Virus record (IMG/VR): IMGVR_UViG_3300017749_000003
DNA: 64,000 nt
Strand: one strand, 5' to 3'
From: an uncultured virus (IMG/VR IMGVR_UViG_3300017749_000003)
Lineage: Duplodnaviria; Heunggongvirae; Uroviricota; Caudoviricetes
Shown piece after piece: positions 20,201-29,200 of the stretch (position 1 is its first letter; the number at the start of each line of letters is the position of its first letter). The notes beneath the pieces were generated by a model that did not search any database, was not told where the DNA came from, and worked only from the letters and a program-made list of their open reading frames with translations. Made by a program: the position numbers and the translations under genes.

Positions 20201-23200
20201 CATCAACTCCAATTAGTTGATCTTGGTATTCCAAATCAATTCTACAATTATGATAATGGTAGATTCTCTACAGTATATGGAGATTATACTGGATCAGAAA
20301 ATGACATTAAGAGAAGTTTTGAACTAAGACATCAAGGTGATCTAATTTTTGAAAGACTATTTGACTCCACTGCATTGGGAACATCAGTTTCTACTGACGA
20401 GAATGTCATAATTCTGCCAAATCACTTCTTCGTTACTGGTGAACTTGTTCAATACACTGTTCCAAATGAGGATGACGTTAGAGTTGGTATTGCAACAACC
20501 ACTCTTGCTGGAGTTGGAAGTACAGATAAACTACCAACTGATTTGTATGTTGTAAAAGTCAATGATAGTAAAATTAAATTTGCAGACACTTCAGAAAATG
20601 CTCTCAAGTTCAACCCAGTAACACTTACTCTGAATAGTATTGGTGTTGGAACACAGCATAAGATTACAGGAACTAATAAAGATGCTAAGGGTATCTTTAC
20701 GATTGATAATATGATGCAGTCTCCAGTAGTTTCATTGGCAATTACCACAACTGTAGCTGATGATATTTCATTAGCAGATACCCTCATCAATACTGCAGGA
20801 ATAACATCATTCTTCTCTGCTGATATTATTCAGATTGATGATGAAGTGATGTTGATAGAAACAGTAGGTGTTGGTACTCAAGATAAAGTTAGAGTTAGAA
20901 GAAATTGGTTGGGAACTCAACTTGGCATTCACTCTGCAGGATCAACAGTAACTAAACTGAGAGGTGATTATAAGATAACTGGATCTTCAATCAATTTCAC
21001 ATCTGCACCATATGGTAAAGTACCAGTAACAACAGATCTCAACCAGTTTGGTGTTCCATTTGTAGATCCTTCTGAGAGGGACTACACTGGCATTACAACC
21101 AACTCATACTTCCATGGAAGAACATTTATGAGGTCTGGTGTTACTGATGAAGTTGAGGAGACCTACACTAAGAACTATATCTTTGATGATATCTCTACCA
21201 AGTTTACTGGAATTAGAACTGCGTTTGATATGACCTTTAATGGTCAAGATGTGGTTGGTCTTTCCACCGATAATGCTGTTGTTCTTGTTAAAGATATTTT
21301 CCAGCAACCTACAAGACCTGGAGTATCATCAATTCCAGGAAACTATGAGTTTATCGAAGTTGGTGGAAAAACTAAGATTCTATTTGATGGGTCTATTTCC
21401 TCAGATGACTTCACTGCTGCAAACGGTCAAGATATTAACGTACCAAATTTGCCTACTGGTGGCATAATTGTAAATATCGGATCTACTACTGGTATGGGTT
21501 ATCAACCACTGGTTGCTGCTGGTGGTACTGCAACTATCTCCGCACTAGGTGCTATTACATCTATCAGTATTGGTAATAGTGGTTCTGGTTACAGACCTGG
21601 AATTCAAACACATATTAATATACTTGCACAAACCCCATCTGATGTTTCTGTTATTGGTTATGCAACTGCTCTTAATGGTAATATCACTGGAGTTGCTATT
21701 ACAAATCCAGGAACTGCATATACAAGCACAAATCCACCATTAATTAGATTTGATAGTCCACTTAACTATACTAATATTCCTCTAATTTACTCTAGTGCTT
21801 CTCCAAACCTAGGTATTGGAAGAACTGCATCTCTTGATATATTCGTTAGTAGAAATAGTAGTATAGGTGAATTTAAGTTCAACAATAATGGATATGCTTA
21901 TGGTCAAGGTGAAGTTCTAACAGTTGCAATTGGTGGATCTACTGGTATTCCTACAGATACATCTAAGACATTTGAAGAATTCCAAGTCACTGTAAATGAA
22001 ACACATAGTGATGAATTTAATTCTTGGTCACTTGGACAACTCCAACAGTTAGACAGTCTAGATGATCAATTTGATGGAATCAGAAGAGTATTCCCAATCT
22101 CTTTCCAAGGTGATAGATTATCAATTAGGGCAAGAACTGGAAGTAATATTGACGTTACTGCAACACTATTGATCTTTATTAACGACGTTCTTCAAATTCC
22201 AAATCAAGCATATAGATTTAAAGGTGGAAGTTTGATTATCTTTGCCGAACCAATTCCCAAAGAATATACTTCTAGAATTATTTTCTACAGAGGAACTAGG
22301 GACATTGATGTTGAAGAGGTTGATATTGTAGAACCTATTGAGGTTGGTGATAAAGTTAAAATTATGTCCGACGCTCCTTTCCAAACTGAGAATAAGAGAA
22401 CTGTAGAAGATATTCTATCTTCTGATATTCTTCTCACGAACCCATATAGTGGTATTGGAAGATTGAATGATGAAACAATTGAACGTCCAATAATGGCATG
22501 TAAGCAGACTGAAGATCTCTTTATTAATGGTGAGTATGTAGGAAAAAATAGAAGATTGTATGAACCATACATTTTCCCGACAACAAATCTAATCCAACCA
22601 GTTGGTATCGATACCAATGTTGCTTGGGTTGAAGGAACCTCAACATTCTTTGACAATAAAAAAGAAAATCTAGCAGAAAAGAAACTCAATCAAATTCAAA
22701 TTATTTCTCAAGATGAAACACAGACTGGATTTGGAACAGTAGTTATTTCTGGTCTAGGATCTATCACAAGTGTAACAGTCTCCAATCCTGGTGTTGGATA
22801 TACATTCATACCACTCGTTGCAATTGGACCACCATCACCTGGTGGAACTCAAGCAACTGCAAATTGTGCGATTACTAATGGACTTATCAGTTCCATCACC
22901 GTAACAAATAACGGTTTTGGATATACTGGAACCAATGCACCATATGTGAACATTGAACCACCAAGAGTATATGATGAACCTATTAGGTTAGTTCAATATG
23001 ATGGTGATTATGGAAATATTGTTTCTGTTGCAAATACAGTTACTGGAGTTGGTTCAACTGCAATAGAACTAAGTCTTCATATCCCAAGAGATTCATTTAT
23101 CAGGGACATTGGTATCAATCCTGGAGGAATTACAACCGAAGGCATTACTGGTCTAGTAACAAGTTTCTACTTTACTGCTTCTAGAACCAATGTTGGTAAT

Positions 23201-23626
23201 GGTGTTACTGCATTCTATAATGATGGAAGCATACTTAGTGTTTCTGCCGATAAATTTGATAATATCTTCCAAGTTTATGATATTGATAGAACTACCGAGT
23301 CTATTCCAGGAATTGGAGTAACTGATATTGTTAAAGTTATTACTCTAGTTAACGGACCCATTGATCTTGCAAAAGGTCTTGGTACTTTTGATAACGACCA
23401 ACAAACAATGGATTCATCAACTACAATGACATTTGGTAACACAGGTCAAGATAATGGTTACTTTGGAAGTTTCTCTTGGGGAAGGATTAATTGGCATCCA
23501 ACTAAGAGTAGAAACGAACCTCTAGAGTTTACTTCTTATCATGAAAATGGTTTTGCTGGAGTTTCTACTTCACCAATCGTTCGTAGAAAATTCCCTCTAA
23601 GAACTAAACTATATACTCAATATTGA
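11234..23626 (+). CDS. g7: giant baseplate wedge initiator gp7-like protein (4130 aa) with YHYH domain
   Basis: Between g6 and g8; FYRSKGT..FKILFRALY near N-terminus, DSDYYQYFSY...HPAGFK gp7 motif, HSPILGWAYDG YHYH-type domain. Confidence 0.85.
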   Translation: MNIRRIRLSQVLESQIPDFINDEFPIFKDFLRQYLESNEIPGAAYDLMSNIDQYVDLDNILLSPKSTRLTIEDPDNLGVDKLDYEDNTITVRSTEGFPYAYGLLRIGAEFDGLEYTGGEIVTYESKTDTQFKGVVRGFSGVTKLGDEIVFKSTSKQEHFDGALVENLSSLLFNEFFSKLKTLIAPGFEDRILNYDVNERLFYKQVGDFYRSKGTSKAFKILFRALYNRPVDVISPSEYVFEPSASSNRKTRDLVLYSSDQTIDYSEDLLHRTLKQPEFDAIDDPDIITAYGTITNVERIERNGVRYYLVSLDSDYDKDISVDGTVFGKFVTTSTTTVTEDYLENNGEWPEFVNVDSTISFNQSGTIDVYNIANNEFIVKPLFYDDTTVNEFYGVYDTEFDIKRGTLLSSRRYAYVELSEDNTIYFRVTQVLSGITPDGSSYFNEGDPIKFNTLGLREDSSKYNDWIYNSTPSYNISSIELLSNVNKTYRIKLESNFDLVIFDKFFLDDNSNNSYNISISSRNNTDEYIVTSDSLIDLAPPKIFTLERKLNKSKFRFFPRANDYVTDIQNVYRPDSFKDDMFIAASSLPNYGNVELSTNDKRITFSVNIATDLTNNKQIKVGQDATATISERNHSFYTGDSIIYSENNSSNRLKTFDGDGTIIDLPNGRYYVTVVSSKVIKLSTSLNRVYTKEYLTIVGNVTDTTFYYSDFFDIEKVLNIKNPFILKSKRLVKRILPPVNESQSVETVPGKIGIFKNGVELLNYKSKNNIFYGGIEKVEILSGGEDYDIINPPSLEIFDGENADGVNNGGIGATGNFVIQGSVRELKILDGGYNYVNDPTVKVSGGNGTGCDVSPVMESYTHGITIDSSSGFNVGISTNTIISLEDHLFVPGEKVIYNCELNNQEIGGLKNKAIYYLGIVDNTSFTLHNSEVDAKNNVRAIDLTGFGEGFHKFDSVRKKKRIGSLNVTYSSDDFTYRKVSYDASLVSTPIDFYTNKINIPNHGFNSGELVTYESTTTPISGLSSGTNYYVSKVDNDNFKLSSIGIGTLSKDYYYNQGTYAELSASGVGRQYFRYPNIEIDITPSGNDLASIQPQVLPIVRGEIKDVFLEGHGVGYGCTNIFNYERQPNITAEPGKLGSVRPFIIDGEIKSIIIQNSGQKYVSTPTIQIFTDGDGFGADLIPVISEDGRLEDVIVKNGGADYNDSVEIEVVAAGREASFKAKVISWNVNEVERALNSNQIYDDDGFLYQDSAISTRAANSYGFLQYGHYYSPRKLRQNVYNKRVINGRTTFNPDLILDTLNREKDSTLHSPILGWAYDGNPFYGPYGFANPDGTGGVKRMQSGYKKRTLANRPSVTIYPLGFFCNDYEWFSDGDLDTFNGRFCVTPEYPNGVYAYFTTIGVNDSSFKNFKLPVYPYVIGGRFKSKPIEFNFDASITQSKFFSDETEEYNDTYSKYGLLRNITPHNISSEYGQYKYLFNPTNVIDIKSRVKSASSGIIDELLLFSGGKDYKVDDRIIFSESGPNTKRPIAKVVSVGGTDVSQVSVATSEISNVEVILSPKTNGLVAICSGPHGNYTGPGRISNLSNGTDAGAELIVVNRDLKLSGFGTGIIIDLPSVTGLVTYFGVFGIESTQNVIPIRPNDVYTVKYQDFEEKVKILNIDANNSRLRVQRQVSGTIGTSYPVGTALSEDSRNFIVNDTDIIPGSVSNTQYYFDPRETVGLGVGSTLSVPNPGAGSTQIFVKGDRIYLRDNTLSVNDKIYYDYDAGPITVESFGDNFNLVKDRPYYAYPFSNGYIGVSSRPIGIGSDGPVGLGSDTELFTFTGHGAGDNHSFFTRYDDVQRVDVTTYEATVTTTEKHNLVFDDQINVNCLPNIEKSLPVFYNQENKKFAVGKFDIVHNDINAKFDTITINNHGLQNNQTVIFESPIPPGGLENNGVYKVSIVSKNIIKLLKPNNGGIVNITNQSTGRLLVVNPPIELVKNKTLTFDVSDFSLSYVRNNIRYSAFKLKFFTDRELKHEFLSSEKTGSLSVVETNRLGIDPTATVKLKYDSEFPNKLFYILEPIKTPQVPVSFSLNSLDLDNTNSINFVNSPISGDFNVRKPTSKTFSYRLFDEPDSNNYVTGLATISYATISSTASGPINEVSFISKGSNLVKLPLIEKVESKSGVDSIIFPRSNTIGISKNIEIDDIGFEFPSDTTLRPRAYTPTVYKIDPLTSIGNIDVIEKGTRYTILPDLVLIDGYTNKIVTDVDLRYVNEDGFKVEVIKNTKNLYDVEPRLLPINNSNGYKILTMSYDSGTKDVEVVLDVVGFSTITSWPFTVGSQFMVEGVVTKVPDVDEGYNSSDYNYKKLFTVKTSDPNIGGQVPSFTYNMGDFVQTTPGPGIFNDLITSGRIIPESLFPTFKVNRIANKYFENEIVTNGSSEDIVVSWDVKNELLKVFTSFPERYNVGDIMRGKTSASSGTLTEVVGITSLTYQLDSSNADRYKPYDRKGFLNEDTQRLHDSDYYQYFSYSLKSEVGISSWREPVESLAHPAGFKKFAELQVISDSDDQLGINSIGVPKDQNNSGFLGISDFDSYYDLNCVHDIDLVTENNVLNKLSDEIRFNSLILTDYFESIGNRVLIVDDVSDEFNSNPRPTAFVTVDTFSLRKFRSKKYVMFTSNKKFPGERQMIIVNVIHNNTYGFLSQYGRVETNIIHGYFDIGVFEENGLLLFYPIESRFTDYNISGFQYAIADSISGVSTHYIGDSDSIGLAGIHTAALPEGTSTSTKIVGIDSSYTSSKLLVTLESSDLQYYQYDEFNIVHDGTDIHNIEFSTLATDNIGNQDVSLGIGTYQFEYNGNEIEVKLTPNSGLSTDYAVSTNVVSISNTSRTAIGSSIFNTVLTTVGFGSTTSISPFAGINTSIQLLEFDTAYKGFNAYVSIEDMTNNIVQMSELVFTHNETDAYITEFGRVSNRGLFEDVGLGTFTTYVTSGKARLEFVPYPADPGFTREIEVRVFTHQLQLVDLGIPNQFYNYDNGRFSTVYGDYTGSENDIKRSFELRHQGDLIFERLFDSTALGTSVSTDENVIILPNHFFVTGELVQYTVPNEDDVRVGIATTTLAGVGSTDKLPTDLYVVKVNDSKIKFADTSENALKFNPVTLTLNSIGVGTQHKITGTNKDAKGIFTIDNMMQSPVVSLAITTTVADDISLADTLINTAGITSFFSADIIQIDDEVMLIETVGVGTQDKVRVRRNWLGTQLGIHSAGSTVTKLRGDYKITGSSINFTSAPYGKVPVTTDLNQFGVPFVDPSERDYTGITTNSYFHGRTFMRSGVTDEVEETYTKNYIFDDISTKFTGIRTAFDMTFNGQDVVGLSTDNAVVLVKDIFQQPTRPGVSSIPGNYEFIEVGGKTKILFDGSISSDDFTAANGQDINVPNLPTGGIIVNIGSTTGMGYQPLVAAGGTATISALGAITSISIGNSGSGYRPGIQTHINILAQTPSDVSVIGYATALNGNITGVAITNPGTAYTSTNPPLIRFDSPLNYTNIPLIYSSASPNLGIGRTASLDIFVSRNSSIGEFKFNNNGYAYGQGEVLTVAIGGSTGIPTDTSKTFEEFQVTVNETHSDEFNSWSLGQLQQLDSLDDQFDGIRRVFPISFQGDRLSIRARTGSNIDVTATLLIFINDVLQIPNQAYRFKGGSLIIFAEPIPKEYTSRIIFYRGTRDIDVEEVDIVEPIEVGDKVKIMSDAPFQTENKRTVEDILSSDILLTNPYSGIGRLNDETIERPIMACKQTEDLFINGEYVGKNRRLYEPYIFPTTNLIQPVGIDTNVAWVEGTSTFFDNKKENLAEKKLNQIQIISQDETQTGFGTVVISGLGSITSVTVSNPGVGYTFIPLVAIGPPSPGGTQATANCAITNGLISSITVTNNGFGYTGTNAPYVNIEPPRVYDEPIRLVQYDGDYGNIVSVANTVTGVGSTAIELSLHIPRDSFIRDIGINPGGITTEGITGLVTSFYFTASRTNVGNGVTAFYNDGSILSVSADKFDNIFQVYDIDRTTESIPGIGVTDIVKVITLVNGPIDLAKGLGTFDNDQQTMDSSTTMTFGNTGQDNGYFGSFSWGRINWHPTKSRNEPLEFTSYHENGFAGVSTSPIVRRKFPLRTKLYTQY

Positions 23627-23636
23627 TGTTGATAAT

Positions 23637-24188
23637 ATGGTATTGCCATTTATTATATTACACGATTTTGCAAAAATCGGTGAGAGTGATAAAAAACTTA
23701 TGATTGATGATGTTCTTTCAAGTAGAAGACAACATCTAATTAGAGATTCAACTGCATATAAATCAAATAACCCAATTGAGATAGATCAAACTGGGTTATT
23801 TTCTATTTTGTATGCAAAGTTTACTGAGAAATCGGAAGAGTTGTTTGGTAAATTGGATTATAAACTAGAGAATAGTGATAAGTGTTGGGCATTTTGTACA
23901 AATAATGAATATTGGGCATTTAACCCACATGTTCATGATTGCACTATCAATTCTGTTTATTATTTAAATGTTCCAAAACACAATGGTAATGAATGTGGAC
24001 CAATCATGTTCACTGACAACCCAGATTCTGGAAAATGGGAATATTATCAACCAAAAAATGACGATTTGATTATTTTCCCAGGAGATCTACATCACGATCC
24101 AAATTTTGTCCCAACGAAGGAGTGGAGGATTTCTGTAAATATGGAAATTCGTTGTAAGAACAAGATTAAATGGTCTGCTTATAAATAA
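23637..24188 (+). CDS. putative 2OG-Fe(II) oxygenase
   Basis: HxH (PHVH), SVYYL, LIIFPGDLHH, RISVN motifs. Confidence 0.75.
   Translation: MVLPFIILHDFAKIGESDKKLMIDDVLSSRRQHLIRDSTAYKSNNPIEIDQTGLFSILYAKFTEKSEELFGKLDYKLENSDKCWAFCTNNEYWAFNPHVHDCTINSVYYLNVPKHNGNECGPIMFTDNPDSGKWEYYQPKNDDLIIFPGDLHHDPNFVPTKEWRISVNMEIRCKNKIKWSAYK
24180..24187 (+). promoter_or_regulatory. T4-type late promoter
   Basis: TATAAATA 23 bp upstream of ATG 24211. Confidence 0.8.
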
Positions 24189-24210
24189 GTCATAAAGTTA
24201 GTCTATTATA

Positions 24211-24603
24211 ATGTCACTACAAGGTATATCAACTGGAACTACACCAAATGACGGTACTGGAGACTCTCTCCTTGTAGGTGCCGTTAAGGTTAACGATAAT
24301 TTTCAAGAAATCTATGATGCACTTGGAAATGGGACGAATCTTTTAACTGGAAATCCAAATTTAACCGTAGGAATTGTTACTTCTACTGAATTTGTTGGAC
24401 CTCTGACAGGGAATCTGACAGGAGATGTTAATGCCTCCCAATTTGATACAAATTCTTCTGGAGTAGTCGTTACAGGAGTTTGTACAGCAACTTCGGGATT
24501 TAGTTCTGAAACTGCAGCAAGTCCAGTAACTTTGAATGTAGTTGGAACAAATCTTGTTATCGAAGTTCCTGGGGTAGGATCAACGACCTTACCATTAATC
24601 TAA
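24211..24603 (+). CDS. virion structural protein with T4 gp9/gp10-like N-terminus
   Basis: GTTPNDGTGDSL...KVNDNFQEIY motif; in baseplate cluster. Confidence 0.75.
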   Translation: MSLQGISTGTTPNDGTGDSLLVGAVKVNDNFQEIYDALGNGTNLLTGNPNLTVGIVTSTEFVGPLTGNLTGDVNASQFDTNSSGVVVTGVCTATSGFSSETAASPVTLNVVGTNLVIEVPGVGSTTLPLI

Positions 24604-24626
24604 TAAATAACTAAAAATAATCGATC

Positions 24627-26195
24627 ATGTCTGCAATCGTAACAGATCAACTTAGAATATTGAACGCAAAGAATTTCATCGAAGAAATTACTTCTGCCGA
24701 CAATTCATATTATACATTTGTTGGATTGACAAATCCAAACGAATATCTATCTTCCTGGGATGAAGATCCTCCTGCTCCTAAGGACAACTTTAATCAGGAA
24801 AATCATAACTGGGATACTGTTATTGGTTTGAAGAAAATTGATTCTTCTAATGTTAGATTTGCTCTAAGGAAAAATACTTGGACATCTGGTATTACCTATG
24901 ATATGTATAGGCATGATATTAATAGAGATAAAGTTTCTCAACCATCACTAGCAACTAGTCTATATTCTTCAAACTTTTTCATAATTAATAAGGATTTTAA
25001 AGTTTATTCTTGCTTACAAAATGGTACTGATCCAGAAAATCCAAATGGCAGACCTTCTTTGGATGAACCAACCTTTATTGACTTAGAACCAAGAAGTGCT
25101 GGAACTAGTGGTGATGGATATATTTGGAAATATCTTTTTACTATTAATCCGAATGATATTATTAAATTTGACACTCTAAATTATATTACGGTCCCAACTA
25201 ATTGGGCTACTGCAGACGAGTACCAATCAGTAAGACTAAATGCACAAAATAGTGGTCAGTTAAAAGTTGCAACTATACAATCTAGAGGAGTTGATGTTGG
25301 ATCACCAAATCAAGTATATATTTGCGATATTGTTGGAGATGGAACTGGTGGAGAGGCAACAATAGTAGTAGATAACCAATCAAAGGTTGACTCTATTACT
25401 ATTTCTAATGGTGGAACAGGATACACATATGCACGTGTAGATTTAACTACTGGAAACTTTCCTTCCAATTCTACAACCACACCAACTTTTGATGTTGTAA
25501 TTCCACCAAAATCTGGGCATGGTGCTGATATCTATAGAGAACTTGGTTGCACAAAAGTTTTAATTTATTCTCAAATTAAGAATGATCCAACAAATCCAGA
25601 TTTTATCGTTGGAAATAGAATTGCAAGAATTGGAATTGTGGCAAATCCAGAAGAATTTAATTCAACTGAACCACTTCAAAAAAATCAGGCAAGTGCTTTA
25701 AGTGCATTAAAACTTACTGGAGTAAATGCACAAACTGATTACGTTAATGCGGTATTTGATGCTAATGCAACTATTACTCAAACAGTTTCTGCAGGTAGTA
25801 CCGCAGTTGGTAGGGTAGTTTCTTATAACAAGAATACTGGTGTTCTAAAGTATTGGCAAGATCGTATTGCTCATGGATTTAACTATGATCTAGATAATAT
25901 CAATACTACTGGAGTATATGGAAATAATTTGGTTGAATTTACTTCAACACCAGGAACTGGTGGAACTTTAAACATCACAGGATCTAATCAAGACCTCAAG
26001 ATTGATAACACATTTAGTGATGATAAATTCGTCATAAATAACCTAAGTTACTATCTTGGACAGTCATTCACAAAGGGACTTTCTGCCCCAGAAGTGAAGA
26101 AATACTCTGGAGATTTGGTTTATATCGATAATAGACCATCTATTACAAGATCTGAAAACCAAAGAGAAGATATCAAAATCGTATTGCAGTTCTAA
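24627..26195 (+). CDS. g8: baseplate wedge subunit gp8
   Basis: MSAIVTDQLR, YDMYRHD, DGYIWKYLF, QREDIKIVLQF; ATAAATA at 24603-24609. Confidence 0.92.
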   Translation: MSAIVTDQLRILNAKNFIEEITSADNSYYTFVGLTNPNEYLSSWDEDPPAPKDNFNQENHNWDTVIGLKKIDSSNVRFALRKNTWTSGITYDMYRHDINRDKVSQPSLATSLYSSNFFIINKDFKVYSCLQNGTDPENPNGRPSLDEPTFIDLEPRSAGTSGDGYIWKYLFTINPNDIIKFDTLNYITVPTNWATADEYQSVRLNAQNSGQLKVATIQSRGVDVGSPNQVYICDIVGDGTGGEATIVVDNQSKVDSITISNGGTGYTYARVDLTTGNFPSNSTTTPTFDVVIPPKSGHGADIYRELGCTKVLIYSQIKNDPTNPDFIVGNRIARIGIVANPEEFNSTEPLQKNQASALSALKLTGVNAQTDYVNAVFDANATITQTVSAGSTAVGRVVSYNKNTGVLKYWQDRIAHGFNYDLDNINTTGVYGNNLVEFTSTPGTGGTLNITGSNQDLKIDNTFSDDKFVINNLSYYLGQSFTKGLSAPEVKKYSGDLVYIDNRPSITRSENQREDIKIVLQF

Positions 26196-26201
26196 AGAAT
26201 T

Positions 26202-29200
26202 ATGCCACAACTAACTAATCTCAACACATTTCCTTACTTCGACGATTTTGATGAGTCAAATAATTTTTACAAGGTATTGTTCAAACCTGGACAACCTGTT
26301 CAGGCTCGAGAGCTTACAACTCTACAAAGTATTGTTCAAAATCAAGTAGAGCAATTTGGTAATCATGTATTTAAAGAAGGATCTGTAGTAATCCCTGGAT
26401 CTTTAGTTGTATCTCCAAATCATATCTCCCTAGAACTAGAAAGAACTTTTAATGGTTTAGATGTAACTCAGTATCTAAGTTCATTAGTTGGAAAGATTAT
26501 TACTGGAGCGGATAGTGGTATAAGGGCACAGGTTGAAGCATTCCAAGATACTCATATATTCGTCAGTTTGATTGAGGGTGGCACAGATAATGAACAGCAA
26601 GAATTTGAAGTAGATGAAGATATTTTTGTACAGGAATCTATTCCTCTAACCGATTCTGCAATCACTAGTTTTTCTGCAGGTGCTTCAGTAGCAACAATAA
26701 GACAATATGATGCGGGATGTGTTGCTAAACTTACGGAAGGTATCTTCTTCTTAAGAGGAAACTTTATCAAAGTAGAAGAGCAGTTATTAATTGTCTCTGC
26801 AGTAGAACCAGGACCAACTTTCACTTTAGGATTTGAAATTGAAGAAGATTTCGTCACTTCTTATGATGATGAATCACTATATGATAATTCACAAGGATTC
26901 GTTAACTTTGCTGCTCCTGGTGCGGATCGTTTAAAAATCACAGCAAAGATGGTTGCGGTGATCGATGGTGATGATTTTCCACAAAATTTTATTGAGTTAG
27001 CTAAAGTAATAAACGGAGTAATTGCATCATCAAAACTTGTAGATCCTCAGTATAATATTCTTGGAGATGAACTGGCAAAAAGAACTTTTGAGGAGAGTGG
27101 TAATTACTACATAAAACCATTTTCATTAGAAGTTAAAAACTCATTACAAGATTTTAAAGGAAGTAACGGCATATATTCGGAAAATGAAACTACACAATCT
27201 GGTAAAATACCTAGAGATGATCTAGCAATCTATCAACTTTCTGCTGGTAAGGCATATGTTCAAGGATATGAAGTAAATATTCCTTCTGGTGCTTCAATAG
27301 ATGTTTTAAAACCAAGAACTACAAAAGAGTTTACTTCTCAGGCAGTAGAATATGCAACTGGTTCTACACTAAGAGTTAATAATGTATATGGTGCTCCAAA
27401 GATCGGACTGTCTACAACATATACAGTTTCTCTTAGAAGTGAAAGAGTTGGATCGACCGCAACTAATGCAGCAGGTAAGGAAATTGGTCTAGCAAGAGTT
27501 TATGATTATGCTCTTGAAACTGGATCTTATGATGCTGCAAATCCACTTACAAATTCATTTGATTTAACACTATTTGATGTTGTTCCATTTACTGATCTAA
27601 CTCTTAATGAAGATCTAACATCACAGCAAATACCTACGTTCATCAAAGGTAAGTCAAGTGGTGCTATTGGTTATCTTAGATATGAAGCAACAAGTACTGG
27701 TATCGTTACCGCATATAATGTAACTGGCAACTTCGTCAAAGGTGAGGAACTAATCTTTAATGGTCAAGATAGTGACAGAATTGTTTTATCTTCAACAAAC
27801 TATGGCATTTCTAATATTAAGTCAGTTTTTGGTGAAATAGGAAGTAACACGTTCTCAGGTGACGTAAGACAGACTTCTGTTGTAGAATTGGGTGAGTGTA
27901 CTTTTAGTGGTGGTGGAGCAACTGTAGCACAAGCAGACAGAGACTTTACAAAAGATTTTGTTGTTGGTGATCTTATTTCATTCAAAAAGTCTGGTGATAC
28001 TCTATCTACACTCAACAGAGTAACAGTAGTAACTGCTGATAATTTAACTGTCGAAGCAACTCAAGCAGTCTCAGGTGTTCATAATGGAGCACTATTTGGT
28101 AATGGAAGTATTAATACTACCAAAGTAACTACTCAGTTGGGTGATAATGGATCAGATACACTATACACTTCACTACCCAAGCAAAATGTAGCATCTGTCG
28201 ATCTATCAAATTCTGCTATTACTATTAGAAAAAGTTTTAACGAACCTATTGTTTCTGATGCCACTGGTGGAAGATTGACAGTTCTTCCTGCTGATCTTGA
28301 AACTGGTGAGACATTCTTGCCATTTGATGAAGAAAGATATATTGTCGTAAATGCTAATGGTGAAACCGAGGCATTGACTGACGATAAGATTACTATCACT
28401 AGTGGAGGTAGAGAATTAATAATTAAGGGTTTGAGTGTTGTTGGTGCTGCAACTCTAGTTGCTACACTGAAGAAGACCGAAGTAAAGTCACAAAATAAAG
28501 TTAGGAATAGAGTCAAAACTATACTTGTAGACAAGTCTTCCTTACCAGGATCTGGTGTCGGAGCAACAACACTAAATGATGGTCTAACATATGGTAACTA
28601 TCCATATGGAACTAGAGTTCAGGACGATATAATTTGTCTATTGGAACCAGATGTCACTAAAATCCATGCGATTTATGAGTCATCTACAACTGGAACACCA
28701 CAATTACCAAGACTCACTTTGAGTGATATTAGTAGTTTTAATGGAAGTGTTGAAGATGCTCTAAATGGTGAAGAAATTATTGGTAGTGAAAGTAATTGTG
28801 TTGCAGTTTTAGTTAATAAAGTAACTTCATCGACTGCTGAAGTAGTCTATATTAACGGTAAGAAGTTTAATATTGGTGAAGAAATAACATTCAAAGAATC
28901 TTCGATTACTGCATCGGTAGATTTAATTATTGATGGTGATAATGATATCACTGGAAAGTATACTTTCAATAACTCCACAAAATCAACAATATATGATTAT
29001 TCTAGGATTACTAGAAAACCAAATACAAAACCCGCAACAAGAAAAGTAACTATTGCATACGAATATGCGAGTGTTTCTAGTACTGATACTGGAACTTTAG
29101 TAACTACAAATTCTTACGAAAATTTTGATTATTCAAATATTCCAACTATTGATGGTCAAAGACAAAGTGATATTATTGATATCAGACCAAAAGTTAAGAC

